From contig OY969695.1 in NCBI GenBank assembly GCA_963701965.1, positions 2,752,001 through 2,816,000 on the forward strand: 64,000 nucleotides of DNA. Direction: 5' to 3'. The notes beneath the pieces are model-generated. The model was not told the DNA's origin, made no database searches, and saw nothing but the letters and a program-made list of their open reading frames with translations. This document shows positions 10,701-20,955 of the stretch, in pieces. The stretch is from an uncultured Gemmatimonadales bacterium (lineage in GTDB: Bacteria; Gemmatimonadota; Gemmatimonadetes; Gemmatimonadales; Gemmatimonadaceae). The position numbers and the translations under genes were made by a program. The stretch's first letter is position 1. Each line of letters begins with the position of its first letter.

Positions 10701-10736
10701 TTGCCGGATACAGAATATTGCTCTAAATTATACAGA
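10701..10736 (+). promoter_or_regulatory. Putative sigma70 promoter of vapBC with an ATACAGA direct repeat
   Basis: TTGCCG-17 nt-TAAATT; ATACAGA at 10708 and 10730. Confidence 0.45.
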
Positions 10737-10762
10737 TCGCAGTGGTAATTCTGGAGGCACCT

Positions 10763-11011
10763 ATGGCGCGTTCAACGGGCGGCAAAGTCGCTCGCAAGAA
10801 CATGGACATGGATACGGTAAAGCTGCGCCGTGCCAGAGCCCTCCTCGGTGCGCGCACCGAGACCGAAACCGTCGATCGCGCGCTGGATCTGGTGATCTTC
10901 CAGGCCGATCTCGAAAGCGCCATTGACGGCCTTGCGGCCGCCGGCGGTCTCAGCGAGCCCTACGCCGATCTGGTCATGAAATCCTCGAGCGGGCGTCGTC
11001 GAGAGTCATAG
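10763..11011 (+). CDS. vapB: VapB-type antitoxin
   Basis: GGAGG RBS; RKNMDMD..L..A..LLG..T.TETVDRAL RHH-like pattern; directly upstream of a PIN gene. Confidence 0.75.
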   Translation: MARSTGGKVARKNMDMDTVKLRRARALLGARTETETVDRALDLVIFQADLESAIDGLAAAGGLSEPYADLVMKSSSGRRRES

Positions 11012-11023
11012 TCTGCGGACTGA

Positions 11024-11471
11024 ATGGCGAGCGGCGCACGCCGTCATCATCGACACGAACCTCTACATCCAAGCGTTTCGCAACTCTGACGCTCGCCAGG
11101 CGTTGCTGGCCTTCCAGCGCCGAGTCGTCGGCAGGCTGGCGCTACACGGCGTGGTCGCAATGGAGCTCCGTTCGGGCGCGATGACTCGTCCTCAGCAGGC
11201 TGCCCTGGCTGATCTTGTGGGGCCGTTTCGAGAGCGTGGCCGCCTCATTGGTGTGTCCGCATCCGCGTACGTTGATGCCGGACGTGTTTTATCTGTACTG
11301 CGCCGCGAAGGACAGGTCGGCGAGAATCCAACGCCGTCGTTCGTACAGGACGTCGTGCTCGCGGCCTCAGTGCGCGAGCTCAGGGGACTGCTGGTGACAG
11401 AAAATGGCAGCGATTTCGCATCCATCCGGCGTCATCTCAGCGGATTTCAGTTCGTCGCACCTTGGCCGTGA
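11024..11471 (+). CDS. vapC: VapC PIN-domain ribonuclease toxin (start out of frame; possible frameshift)
   Basis: Manual in-frame extension gives VIIDTN at 11043, plus VAMEL, QDVVLAA and LVTENGSDF PIN motifs; the nearest ATG (11024) is in another frame. Confidence 0.8.
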
Positions 11472-11704
11472 TCGAGCGCTCTGGGCTAGCTGTAGTTCCG
11501 CCCTCGACTAACGCAGCCGTCGGTAGCGCTTAACAACACTCCGGGCCGCGCGCGAGAGCGACGGCGAGTGAGTGGACCAGGCGGGGTGGCATTGGGTTGA
11601 ACCGGGTGTTTCGTGTATGGTCCCGGAGCGCCCGGCGTCGGGTCGAGTACCATTCTGGGTACTCAAGGGCGTTGGCGTCTCCGGAGGATTGAACTGCCCT
11701 GGTT

Positions 11705-11743
11705 CTGAAAATCCGCGCGTCGGCGGTTCGATTTCGTCGCTCG
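11705..11743 (+). repeat. Degenerate direct repeat of the tRNA-Phe 3' half (attR-like)
   Basis: CTGAAAATCCGCGcGTCGGCGGTTCGATTtCGTCgCTcG versus tRNA 10400-10438; 4 mismatches in 39 nt. Confidence 0.85.
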
Positions 11744-11750
11744 TGTTGTT

Positions 11751-14279
11751 GTGTTTGTGCTGCGCGATTCGCTCGGCATCGTTGTCCGGGAACTGGCGCG
11801 GATCGCTCCTGAGCCCCGCTCCGAGGAAATCTCGCTATTATGGTGTCTCTTTTTTTCGGAGCTTTGTCTGCGCCAGCTCGTTCTCGGCATCGTCGTTCTC
11901 GCGATCGCCGCTTGCGGTAGCTCGAACACGACGCCCACGGGTACGAAGCCACCGCCGCCGACTGCGTCGACTTTCGATACCTTGTCCCAGGGCTCGGTCC
12001 CGGCCTCGGGCGGGACGATCACCGTCAACAAATCCGGTGACCCGCTCAACGGGCTGACCATGACCGTGCCGTCGGGCGCGTTCTCTGGCGCGCTCACCGT
12101 CACCATCGGCTCGTCGACGAACAAGAACCTCCCGACGGCGAACGGCATCGTGCCGATCTCGCCCGTCGTGCACGTCGTGACCAGCGCCGGCGGCTATGCC
12201 AAGGGCGCGATCACGTTCAAGGTCCCGGTGACCGTGGCCACCGGTACGTTCCCCGTCGTCGTCTTGTATGACTCGGTGACGAAGGCCATCGAGCCGATGA
12301 CGACGATCGCCTACGACGGTAGCAGCGTGACGGCGATCACGGGGCATCTGAGCCAAGCCAGCGCCGCTTCGGTGTCGGCGGACCAAGTCCGCGGTCGCGT
12401 CCACGCGATGGCGAGCGGCGGTTCGTCGGACAGCTTGAGCGTCAGCTTTGGTGTCTACGCGATCCCGACGGCGGTGCTGAACCAGGATTGGGATACCCAC
12501 TATCGGCCGGGCACCAATGATTGGGAGATGCCGGCCTTCCCCACGGAGGCGGCGCCGGCGAGCACACTGCTCGGCGTGGCCGCGACGGAGTTGTGGTATT
12601 TCAACGCCAAACCCTCGACGACTCCGCTGCATGGCCGGTTCGCGGCCGTCCGCAACGCGCCCCTCAGCGACACGATCGGTTTCCACTGGACGAGTTTGAT
12701 CGACGGGCAGGTGAGCAACCAGGTGAATAGCTACCTCAGCTCAGCCTACAAGAGCGTCACGCAAGGCGTGGCCGACAGGGACTCGCTGCAGTTCAATCAG
12801 ATTCGCGCCAGCTTCGCGCTCGGCACCTTGAACGGCGGCGCGCCACTCCCGGTGCTCGTCGATCTCCAGAGCTCCGCGATCAATGGCTTCTACTTTCTGA
12901 TCGCGTACCGGGCGACCGGCAAGCAGATCTACGTGGGCGACCCGATCAGCCCCGGTGACAGCAGCCGGTTTCTGCAGTTGGTAGGCAGTGGTATGACGCC
13001 GTACGTGAATCCCCTGTACAAGGCCGGCGTCTCCTTCACCACGCCGCTCGCCACTCCTCTCGGCTTGGCTATCCCCCTCGCGCCCCTCGCGTCGTCGTAC
13101 ACCGACGCGACGGCGGGGACTGCCGGCGCCAGCCTCTTCCCAACGTCGGGGTTCTACACGTGGTCTGGCCCGCTATTCGACACAATGTATGTCGTCGACA
13201 CCCTGCGCTTCTGGGCGCAGTGCGCGACGTGCCAATACGGATTCACGTCGACGCTGTCCCCCAGCCCGTCAGGGAATGTGGAGTCGAGCTACAACATCTA
13301 TCGCCTGTCAGGCGGAGTAGTGACAGACTCGAATGGCGGTCTCGGTGCGAACGGGCTCTTAACGACGAGCACTTCATTCACGCCGGGTACGCAAGCCACG
13401 TTCGGCCTGCCACTCTCTTCGGCTGACGCCGCGGGCACAACCTCGGCGAGTGGCGCCAGGCGCTGGCTCGACTGGCATCAGTTCACGATCACGAATCTGC
13501 AGGTGACCATCTCGCCGACCGCGCTGCAGGCCGTGAAGAGCTCACCGCAGACGTTGCAAGTGTCGGTGAGCCCGACCCTGTTGCCGGCCGACGTGGCGTA
13601 CCAGTGGAACTTCGGCGACAGCACGCCCAACGTGACGGTGCAGAACAGCCCCAGTGTGCAGCACGCGTTCGCGAAGACCGGGACGCTCCCGACGACGGTC
13701 AAGATCATCGACAACCGAAACACCCAGGTGATCGCCCAGGGCAACACCACGGTGACCGTCACCGATCAAGTGGAAGTATGGTCGATTACGTCGCTCAGAT
13801 ATCTGTACACGCTCGTCAACGGCGTGCAAGGACACGCGGGTGACCCTGGCGTTCCCAATGACACGCTGGTGATCGTGGTGAATTTGACCCCCAATCCTAC
13901 ACTGGTCGCATTGAACGGTCCCCCGTTCCCGAACGCGAACTACCCTCAAGCGGGATTCGCTTTCGTCAGACCGAGCACTGGCCCGCTAGACTGGGCGAAT
14001 TTCCCGCCTGATCCGCTCGCGATCTCCACAGCGGCAGCTCCGTACGACGTCATCGGGTACAGCAACATTGGTACGGACACGTCGGGGACGATTACGGGTC
14101 AGGTGATCGTATCGAAGACAGACAGCGGCGCCACGAATATCGGCCACACCGTGAGTCTCGCCAAGAAGGGCGCGACGCTGAGCGGATACATCAGGTTCCA
14201 GTATACCGTGCCCATCAACGGCGTCCCGACCACCAACGTCCTCGTCGACAGCGTCATCGCTCAACGGGTATCACCATAG
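11751..14279 (+). CDS. Large Ser/Thr/Pro-rich lipoprotein with a PKD domain
   Basis: Lipobox LAIAAC; YQWNFGD...VQHAFAKTG PKD motif; true start probably ATG 11840 via a T7 tract. Confidence 0.75.
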   Translation: MFVLRDSLGIVVRELARIAPEPRSEEISLLWCLFFSELCLRQLVLGIVVLAIAACGSSNTTPTGTKPPPPTASTFDTLSQGSVPASGGTITVNKSGDPLNGLTMTVPSGAFSGALTVTIGSSTNKNLPTANGIVPISPVVHVVTSAGGYAKGAITFKVPVTVATGTFPVVVLYDSVTKAIEPMTTIAYDGSSVTAITGHLSQASAASVSADQVRGRVHAMASGGSSDSLSVSFGVYAIPTAVLNQDWDTHYRPGTNDWEMPAFPTEAAPASTLLGVAATELWYFNAKPSTTPLHGRFAAVRNAPLSDTIGFHWTSLIDGQVSNQVNSYLSSAYKSVTQGVADRDSLQFNQIRASFALGTLNGGAPLPVLVDLQSSAINGFYFLIAYRATGKQIYVGDPISPGDSSRFLQLVGSGMTPYVNPLYKAGVSFTTPLATPLGLAIPLAPLASSYTDATAGTAGASLFPTSGFYTWSGPLFDTMYVVDTLRFWAQCATCQYGFTSTLSPSPSGNVESSYNIYRLSGGVVTDSNGGLGANGLLTTSTSFTPGTQATFGLPLSSADAAGTTSASGARRWLDWHQFTITNLQVTISPTALQAVKSSPQTLQVSVSPTLLPADVAYQWNFGDSTPNVTVQNSPSVQHAFAKTGTLPTTVKIIDNRNTQVIAQGNTTVTVTDQVEVWSITSLRYLYTLVNGVQGHAGDPGVPNDTLVIVVNLTPNPTLVALNGPPFPNANYPQAGFAFVRPSTGPLDWANFPPDPLAISTAAAPYDVIGYSNIGTDTSGTITGQVIVSKTDSGATNIGHTVSLAKKGATLSGYIRFQYTVPINGVPTTNVLVDSVIAQRVSP

Positions 14280-14344
14280 GAGGCCCCCCGTGGTGCGCAT
14301 TGGGCCCCGTCGCCATACTTGAGGTCGACTTTCCCCCTACTCCA

Positions 14345-16645
14345 ATGCGTGCCACTCGCCTTTCGGTCCCCGCCCTCACACTCGGCGCCCTGCTCGCCAC
14401 TCCGCCCAGGGCGCCGCATCCACCCGCGCCGCGCCCGGTGACGACCGCGGAGTACGATCGTGCGGCCAAGATGCTCGGGTTCAACGTCGACAGCTTGGTC
14501 ATCGGCGGACGGGTGACCGCGACGTGGCTGCCGGATGACCGGTTCTATTACCGGACGACGACGCCCACGGGTAGCGAATGGCTGCTCGTCGACCCGGCCC
14601 ACCGCACGCAGCAGGCGCTGTTCGACGCCGCGGCGGTGGCGCAAGCGCTCGGGCGCGCGGGCGCCGGGACGTTGGATGCGAGGCACCTGCCCGCCACGCG
14701 GGTCGAGCTGTCCAGTGATGGCGCGCGCGTGACGCTCGAGATCCCGAAGCATCGGTGGCGCTGCAATGTGAATGGCCATGCCTGTCAGGCCGACAGTACC
14801 AAAGTGCCGGCGGTGCCCGAGGTGATGTCGCCCGACGGCAAGCGCGCGGCGTTCATTCGGAACTGGAATCTCTGGGTGCGCGACGTCGCGACCGGACACG
14901 AAACGCAACTCACGACCGACGGCGTCGAGAACTTCGGATACGCGACGGATAACGCCGGATGGGTCCACAGCAATCGCGCGATCCTCCTCTGGTCGCCCGA
15001 TTCGAAAAAGATCGCCACGCAGCAACAGGATGACCGACCGGTTGGCGACATGTACGTCGTCGAGACGCGCGTCGGTCATCCCAAGCTCGACGCGTGGAAG
15101 TATCCGCTCGCTGGGGACAGCGTGGTGTCGATGGTCTCGCGCGTGATCATCGACGTCGATGCGGCCAAGGTCATTCGCCTGGCGACGCCGCCGGATTATC
15201 ATCGGGCCATGTTGGGCGACGACATCAGCATGAAGGACCTCATCTGGAGCCCGGACGGATCCGCGCTCGCCTACGTCAGCACCACGCGCGATCACAAGTC
15301 CGCGACGGTGCACGTGGCCGATGCCAGCACCGGTGCGGTACGCACACTCTTCGACGAGCATTCGCCGACCCAGTTCGAGTCCGTCGCCGGATGGCGCATT
15401 CTGTGGCCCGAAAACCAGATCATCTGGTCGTCCGAGCGGAATGACTGGGCCGAGCTCTACGCCTACGACCTCAAGACCGGCGCGCTGCAGCATCCCATTA
15501 CATCCGGGTCCGGCCCGGTCACGGCCATCGACCACGTGGACGAGCACACCCATTCGCTGCTCGTCGAAGCCCGCGGTCGCGACGCGAGTGAGGATCCGTA
15601 TTTCCGACACTACTATCGGGTCGGCACAGACGGTCGTCAGTGGACCCCATTGACGCCCGAGAGCGGCGACCACGCCATCCAGGTCGCCCCTGACGGCCGC
15701 TATTTCGTCGACAGCTATTCGACCCCGGTCACGGCACCGACCGTCGTGCTGCGCGACGCGAACGGCAAAGTCGTCATGCCGCTCACGCACGCCGACATCA
15801 CGCGCCTGGTGGCCGCGGGTTGGAAGCCACCCATGCCCATCGTGACGACGGCCCACGACGGCAAGACCAAACTTTACGGGCTCCTGTACCGGCCCACCAA
15901 TTTCGATTCGACGCAACACTATCCGATCATCAACAGCGTGTATCCCGGTCCCCAGACCGGCAGCGTCGGCTCGCGTAGCTTCGCCGCCGCGCGCGGCGAT
16001 TGCCAAGCGCTCGCCGAGCTGGGGTTCGTCGTCGTGCAAGTCAATGGGTGGGGGACGCCGTGGCGATCCAAGTCCTTTCATGACGCATACTATGGCGCGA
16101 TGGGGCGGGACAACACGCTGCCCGACCAAGTCGCCGCGATGCGCGAGCTGGGCACGCGGTACCCGTGGGTCGACACGACGCGGGCCGCCATCTGGGGGCA
16201 CTCGGGCGGTGGGTTCGCCACGGCGGATGCCATGTTCCGCTACCCGGACTTTTTCAAAGTCGGCATCTCGGAGTCGGGCAATCACGACCAGCGCGCGTAT
16301 GAGGACGATTGGGGCGAGCGCTATCAGGGGCTCGTGGCCGGCGACAACTACGCCGTAGAGGCCAACCAGTCCGTCGCCAAGAATCTCAAGGGGCACCTGC
16401 TGCTGGCCCATGGCGCGATCGACGACAACGTCCCGCCCTACAACACGATGCTGGTCGCCAACGCCCTCATCGAGGCCAATAAAGAGTTCGATGAGCTCAT
16501 CATCCCCAACGCCCATCACGGCTACGGCGCCGCCTCATTCTACATGATGCGGCGCCGGTGGGATTACTTCGTCCGGTATCTCTTGGACGCCGAGCCACCG
16601 AAGGACTACCGTATTGCTGCCCCGGGGCCGACGCTGGGCGGTTAG
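14345..16645 (+). CDS. S9B dipeptidyl-peptidase IV-like secreted peptidase
   Basis: DPP IV N-terminal propeller; GHSGGG, HGAIDDNV and catalytic His. Confidence 0.9.
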   Translation: MRATRLSVPALTLGALLATPPRAPHPPAPRPVTTAEYDRAAKMLGFNVDSLVIGGRVTATWLPDDRFYYRTTTPTGSEWLLVDPAHRTQQALFDAAAVAQALGRAGAGTLDARHLPATRVELSSDGARVTLEIPKHRWRCNVNGHACQADSTKVPAVPEVMSPDGKRAAFIRNWNLWVRDVATGHETQLTTDGVENFGYATDNAGWVHSNRAILLWSPDSKKIATQQQDDRPVGDMYVVETRVGHPKLDAWKYPLAGDSVVSMVSRVIIDVDAAKVIRLATPPDYHRAMLGDDISMKDLIWSPDGSALAYVSTTRDHKSATVHVADASTGAVRTLFDEHSPTQFESVAGWRILWPENQIIWSSERNDWAELYAYDLKTGALQHPITSGSGPVTAIDHVDEHTHSLLVEARGRDASEDPYFRHYYRVGTDGRQWTPLTPESGDHAIQVAPDGRYFVDSYSTPVTAPTVVLRDANGKVVMPLTHADITRLVAAGWKPPMPIVTTAHDGKTKLYGLLYRPTNFDSTQHYPIINSVYPGPQTGSVGSRSFAAARGDCQALAELGFVVVQVNGWGTPWRSKSFHDAYYGAMGRDNTLPDQVAAMRELGTRYPWVDTTRAAIWGHSGGGFATADAMFRYPDFFKVGISESGNHDQRAYEDDWGERYQGLVAGDNYAVEANQSVAKNLKGHLLLAHGAIDDNVPPYNTMLVANALIEANKEFDELIIPNAHHGYGAASFYMMRRRWDYFVRYLLDAEPPKDYRIAAPGPTLGG

Positions 16646-17127
16646 TTCGGCCGCACGGCGACCACGTCGATTTCTACCAACGCGCCACGAACGCCGGCGG
16701 GCAGCACCACCTGCGTCGTGGTGCGGGCGGGCTTGTTCGGTTGGTCCTTGGTGCCGAAGAACTGGCTATATCCGGCCTGCATTCCGGAAAAGTCCGTCTT
16801 GCCGTCTTTCGTGATCTCGCCCCCAAGGTACACATGCATCATCACGACATCGCCCATCGATAGTTTCTGCGATTCGAGGAGCTTTTGGATGTCCTTGAGG
16901 ATGCCCACGGTTTGTGACTTGGCATCGGTATCGGTCTTCATGTCCGGGTCGAGCCAGCCACTCACATACAACGTGTTGCCGGCCCATACGGCCGCCGCGA
17001 TTGGCAGGTCCGCACCCGTCGGGTTTTGACTGGGCGGCAGCGGAATTTGCTTGACTTGTTGCGCTGACGCGGTCGCGACACCCAGCACCATCGCGAGTGC
17101 GAAGAGGCGAAAAGGCGTGATCATCAT
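16642..17127 (-). CDS. RidA/YjgF family protein with signal peptide
   Basis: TLYVSG, PART and LVEIDVVA motifs; N-terminal signal peptide. Confidence 0.85.
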   Translation of the reverse strand: MMITPFRLFALAMVLGVATASAQQVKQIPLPPSQNPTGADLPIAAAVWAGNTLYVSGWLDPDMKTDTDAKSQTVGILKDIQKLLESQKLSMGDVVMMHVYLGGEITKDGKTDFSGMQAGYSQFFGTKDQPNKPARTTTQVVLPAGVRGALVEIDVVAVRPN

Positions 17128-17298
17128 GCCGCCAACGTAGCCCTCGACTGACCACCGCACAATTTCGTTTTTCTCACGGCATCGTTGAGAAATATTTATG
17201 ATTTCTTGGCGACGTTGAGCCGTATATTGAGTATTATTCATGACAATCTCGCCGATCCCACGCGACCAGTGAGCACGGGACAACAATCCGCCACTCTT

Positions 17299-18171
17299 AT
17301 GCCCCTCACCAACCTCGATCTCGACGCCGTGCGCTCCCTTGTGCTGGCGGCCGATCTCGGTGGCTACGGCCACGCCGCCACTCGTCTCGGCCGCACCCCG
17401 TCCGCCGTCAGTCTGCAAATGAAGCGGCTGCAAGAGAGCGTCGGCGCCACGCTCTTTCGCAAACTCGGCCGGAAAGTGGTCCTGACCGAAGCCGGTGAAA
17501 TCGCGCTGCGCTTCGGCCGCCGGATGCTCTTAGCCAATGACGAGCTGTTGGACACGGTACGCGGCGCGTCCCTGGTGGGCAGCGCGCGACTCGGCTTTTC
17601 CCAGGACTTCGCCGACACGGTCCTGCCGCAGGTCCTCTCGCAGTTCACGAAGCTCTATCCACTCGTGCAGCTCGAGCTGCACATCGAGGGCAACGCCGCG
17701 CTCGTCGAGGGAATCGCGAAAGGCACACTCGACGTGGCGCTCGCAGTCGGGCAAGCCGATCAGCCGACAGCGGAGGTCGTCGGCACCATGCCGCTCGTCT
17801 GGATCGCCGGCCAGGACTTCACCCCGCGGCACGACCAACCAATCCCGCTCGTCGTGCTGGGACCCCAATGCGCGTTTCGCAAACGGGCCATTCAGCTGCT
17901 GGAGCAAGCCGCACAGCCCTGGCGCATCGCCGCGGTCAGTCCCAGTCTCGCGGGACTGTGGGCCGCAGCGCTTGGCGGGTTGGGACTCACGGCGCAATGT
18001 GTGCTCGGTGTCCCCCCCGCACTCGCCGCCTCCGAGCGACTGTTCGATCTGCCATCACTCGGCACCTTCCCGATCACGCTGCACGCGTCGGGCGAGCGAC
18101 TCAGCGCCGGCGTCGAGCGATTGCGCGGGATCATCCGGGATGAGCTCGCACGGCACTATCACACGAAATGA
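17299..18171 (+). CDS. LysR-family transcriptional regulator
   Basis: LDLDAVRSL...TPSAVSLQMKRL HTH and substrate-binding domain. Confidence 0.9.
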   Translation: MPLTNLDLDAVRSLVLAADLGGYGHAATRLGRTPSAVSLQMKRLQESVGATLFRKLGRKVVLTEAGEIALRFGRRMLLANDELLDTVRGASLVGSARLGFSQDFADTVLPQVLSQFTKLYPLVQLELHIEGNAALVEGIAKGTLDVALAVGQADQPTAEVVGTMPLVWIAGQDFTPRHDQPIPLVVLGPQCAFRKRAIQLLEQAAQPWRIAAVSPSLAGLWAAALGGLGLTAQCVLGVPPALAASERLFDLPSLGTFPITLHASGERLSAGVERLRGIIRDELARHYHTK

Positions 18172-18180
18172 GGTGACATC

Positions 18181-19065
18181 ATGATCCAGATCGTGAACGT
18201 CGCGCAACATCCGACGGTCTATCGCACGAAGCAGATCGACGGGCTCTCCATCTTTTACCGCGAGGCCGGCCCCTCGGACGCGCCGACGCTGGTCCTGCTC
18301 CACGGCCTCCCCTCGTCGTCGCGCATGTTCGAGCCGCTCTTCGCCCGGCTGTCCGACCGCTACCACCTCATCGCGCCCGACTACCCGGGTTTCGGCCACA
18401 GCGACTGGCCGGATCCTCAGCAGTTCGCCTACACGTTCGACCACTACGCCGAGGTCATGACGCACTTCGTGGAAGCGCTCGGCGTCTCGCGATACACGCT
18501 CTACATGCAGGACTACGGCGGTCCCGTCGGGTTCCGCATGGCGCTGGCGCATCCGGACCGGATCAAGGCGCTCATCGTGCAGGATGCGGTCGCGCACAAC
18601 GAAGGGCTGGGCGCAAACTGGAAGGCGCGGCGCGCCTTCTGGGCAGACCGCGCCGCCAATGAAAGCACGCTCCGGACGAATTTGTTGTCGCTGGCCACGA
18701 CGCGCACGCGCCACGTGGGAAGCGATCCCGACGTCGAACGGTATGATCCCGATCTCTGGACCGACGAGTTTCGGTTTCTCAATCAGCCCGGCCAGGCCGA
18801 GATTCAGAGCGACCTGTTTTACGATTACCGTACCAATGTCGACGCGTACCCCAAATGGCAGGCGTGGATGCGCGAGCACCAGCCCCGCCTGCTCGTGCTC
18901 TGGGGCAAGTATGACCTCTCGTTCGAGCTCTCGGAACCCGAAGCCTATCGACGCAATGTGCCAGGGGCGCAGGTGCACGTGCTCGACGCCGGTCACTTCG
19001 CGCTGGATACGAACGCCGACGAGATCGCGGGGTTGGTCCGGGGATTTCTCGATGCGGCACCATGA
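18181..19065 (+). CDS. Alpha/beta hydrolase (epoxide hydrolase/dehalogenase-like)
   Basis: LLHGLP, PDYPGFG, QDYGG and AGHFAL motifs. Confidence 0.9.
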   Translation: MIQIVNVAQHPTVYRTKQIDGLSIFYREAGPSDAPTLVLLHGLPSSSRMFEPLFARLSDRYHLIAPDYPGFGHSDWPDPQQFAYTFDHYAEVMTHFVEALGVSRYTLYMQDYGGPVGFRMALAHPDRIKALIVQDAVAHNEGLGANWKARRAFWADRAANESTLRTNLLSLATTRTRHVGSDPDVERYDPDLWTDEFRFLNQPGQAEIQSDLFYDYRTNVDAYPKWQAWMREHQPRLLVLWGKYDLSFELSEPEAYRRNVPGAQVHVLDAGHFALDTNADEIAGLVRGFLDAAP

Positions 19066-19367
19066 CCGACTCTCAACTCGTACTCATCAACGTGTTTACG
19101 GTCACACCCGCCGACCAGCGGCGCCTGATCGAGCTGCTCACCGAGGCCACTGAACGCTTCGTGCGCTACGCGCCGGGATTCATTTCGGCCCGCTTGCACC
19201 GTAGCCTCAATGGCACGAAGGTCACCATGTACGCCCAGTGGCGCAGCATGGACGACTACGAAGCGATGCGCGCGGATCCGGCGCCGTTGCCCTACCTGCA
19301 GCACGCGCTGGCGATCGCGACGTTCGAGCCCGGCATGTACGAAATCGTCGGCACGTTCGCGCCCTAG
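19062..19367 (+). CDS. Antibiotic biosynthesis monooxygenase (ABM) domain protein
   Basis: LINVFTV, PGFISARLHRSLNG and YAQWRS. Confidence 0.85.
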   Translation: MTDSQLVLINVFTVTPADQRRLIELLTEATERFVRYAPGFISARLHRSLNGTKVTMYAQWRSMDDYEAMRADPAPLPYLQHALAIATFEPGMYEIVGTFAP

Positions 19368-20881
19368 GCGTCATGCTCGAGCCGCGCTGCTACGAGCAAT
19401 CCGGTCGCAATGGCGACGACGGTCGCGGCAATCGCCGCGGCATGGAGCGATCCGGTGAACGCGTTTCGCGCCGCGCTCAGGAGTTGCGGACCGGCGTCCC
19501 CCGGCAGATGCTCGGCGACAGCGACGGCGCCGCCCAGCGTGCGCCGCGCGGCCTCGGCCGAATCGGGTAGCACCGCGCCGGGGACGTGCGTCATCGCGCC
19601 GCGGTAGGCCGCGGTGCCGATGCTTCCCAGCACGGCGATCCCCAGCGCGCCGCCAAGTTCCGAGCCCGTCTCCGAGATCGCCAATGCGGCGCCGGCGCGC
19701 TCCGGTGGCGCCGCGCCGACGATCAGGTCGGTGGCCAGCGTGAAGACTGGCGCGAGGCCCAGGGAGAGGATCGTGTCTCCGACAATGACACTCACGACGC
19801 CAGACGTAACGCCGACGCGGGTCAGCACCAAGCACCCAATCCCCGCGACGACGAGTCCGAGGCTTATCAAGCGCGCGGGCGGCACCCGCTGGGCCAGGCG
19901 CGGCACGACCAGGGATCCGAAAATGAACGTCACGGCGAACGGCACGTTCACCAGGCCCGCTTGGAGCGACGACAGCCCCAGCACCAGTTGCAAGTATTGC
20001 GTGATGAGGAAGAACGGGCCGAAGGCGATGAACGTCCCCATCGTGTACGCCGCGAGCGCGGTGCTGAACGAGCGGTCGCGGAAGAGCGCGAGATCGAGCA
20101 GGGGATCGCGGAGCACACGCTGCCGGGCAATGAACACCGCGCCCAGGAGCGCACCGGCGATCACGGCGACCGCGGCGCGTCCGTCGACGTCACCCTGCGC
20201 GGCGCGCTTGATGCCGTAGATCACGAGCAGCACGGCCGCGAGCGACAGCGCGGCGCTCGGGACATCGATCCGGCGGGCGGCCGGGTCCCGATACTCCGGC
20301 AGCAGTGCCGGACCGACGGCGAGCAAGACCAGCATGACGGGGACGCCGATCAGGAACACGGAGCCCCACCAGAAATGGTCGAGCAGCATGCCGCCCAAGA
20401 TCGGGCCAATCACGCCGCCAACCGAATAGCTCGTGATCCACACGCCGATCGCGAACCGGCGCTCGTCCGGGTCGGCGAACATGTTGCGGATCAAGGACAG
20501 CGTCAATGGCGCCAACGTCGCCCCGGCGACGCCCAAGATCGCGCGGGCGGCGATCAGCATCCCGGCGCTGCGGGCGAACGCGGCGAACACCGACGCCAGG
20601 CCGAACGCCGCGGCACCGATCAAGAGCAGGCGCCGGCGTCCGATACGGTCGCCCAGCGTTCCCATCGGCACCAGGAATCCGGCGAGCACAAACCCGTAGA
20701 TGTCCACGATCCAGAGCAGCTGCGCGCTCGTGGGCCGCAGGTCGGCGCTCAAGCTGGGCACCGCCAGATTCAATACGGTCAGGTCCATCGCGTAGAGGAG
20801 ACACGGGAGGGCGATGACGCCCAACCCGATCCACTCCCGCCGGCCCGCCCGCACCCCGATCCCCGTGGTCTCGACCTGCAT
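19364..20881 (-). CDS. MFS DHA2-type drug efflux transporter
   Basis: About 14 TM segments; MDLTVLNLAVP and GTLGDRIGRRR motifs. Confidence 0.9.
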   Translation of the reverse strand: MQVETTGIGVRAGRREWIGLGVIALPCLLYAMDLTVLNLAVPSLSADLRPTSAQLLWIVDIYGFVLAGFLVPMGTLGDRIGRRRLLLIGAAAFGLASVFAAFARSAGMLIAARAILGVAGATLAPLTLSLIRNMFADPDERRFAIGVWITSYSVGGVIGPILGGMLLDHFWWGSVFLIGVPVMLVLLAVGPALLPEYRDPAARRIDVPSAALSLAAVLLVIYGIKRAAQGDVDGRAAVAVIAGALLGAVFIARQRVLRDPLLDLALFRDRSFSTALAAYTMGTFIAFGPFFLITQYLQLVLGLSSLQAGLVNVPFAVTFIFGSLVVPRLAQRVPPARLISLGLVVAGIGCLVLTRVGVTSGVVSVIVGDTILSLGLAPVFTLATDLIVGAAPPERAGAALAISETGSELGGALGIAVLGSIGTAAYRGAMTHVPGAVLPDSAEAARRTLGGAVAVAEHLPGDAGPQLLSAARNAFTGSLHAAAIAATVVAIATGLLVAARLEHDA

Positions 20882-20955
20882 GATAGAGAGTGCACCGGGT
20901 GCGGCGGCCCCCGCCACCCCATCGAGGAACCGCGCCCGGCGAAGCATATTTCCGC

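Noticed and set aside
11705..11743. Second tRNA-Phe gene
   Set aside because: Only the 3' half is present, with no D arm or acceptor 5' strand; treated as an att repeat
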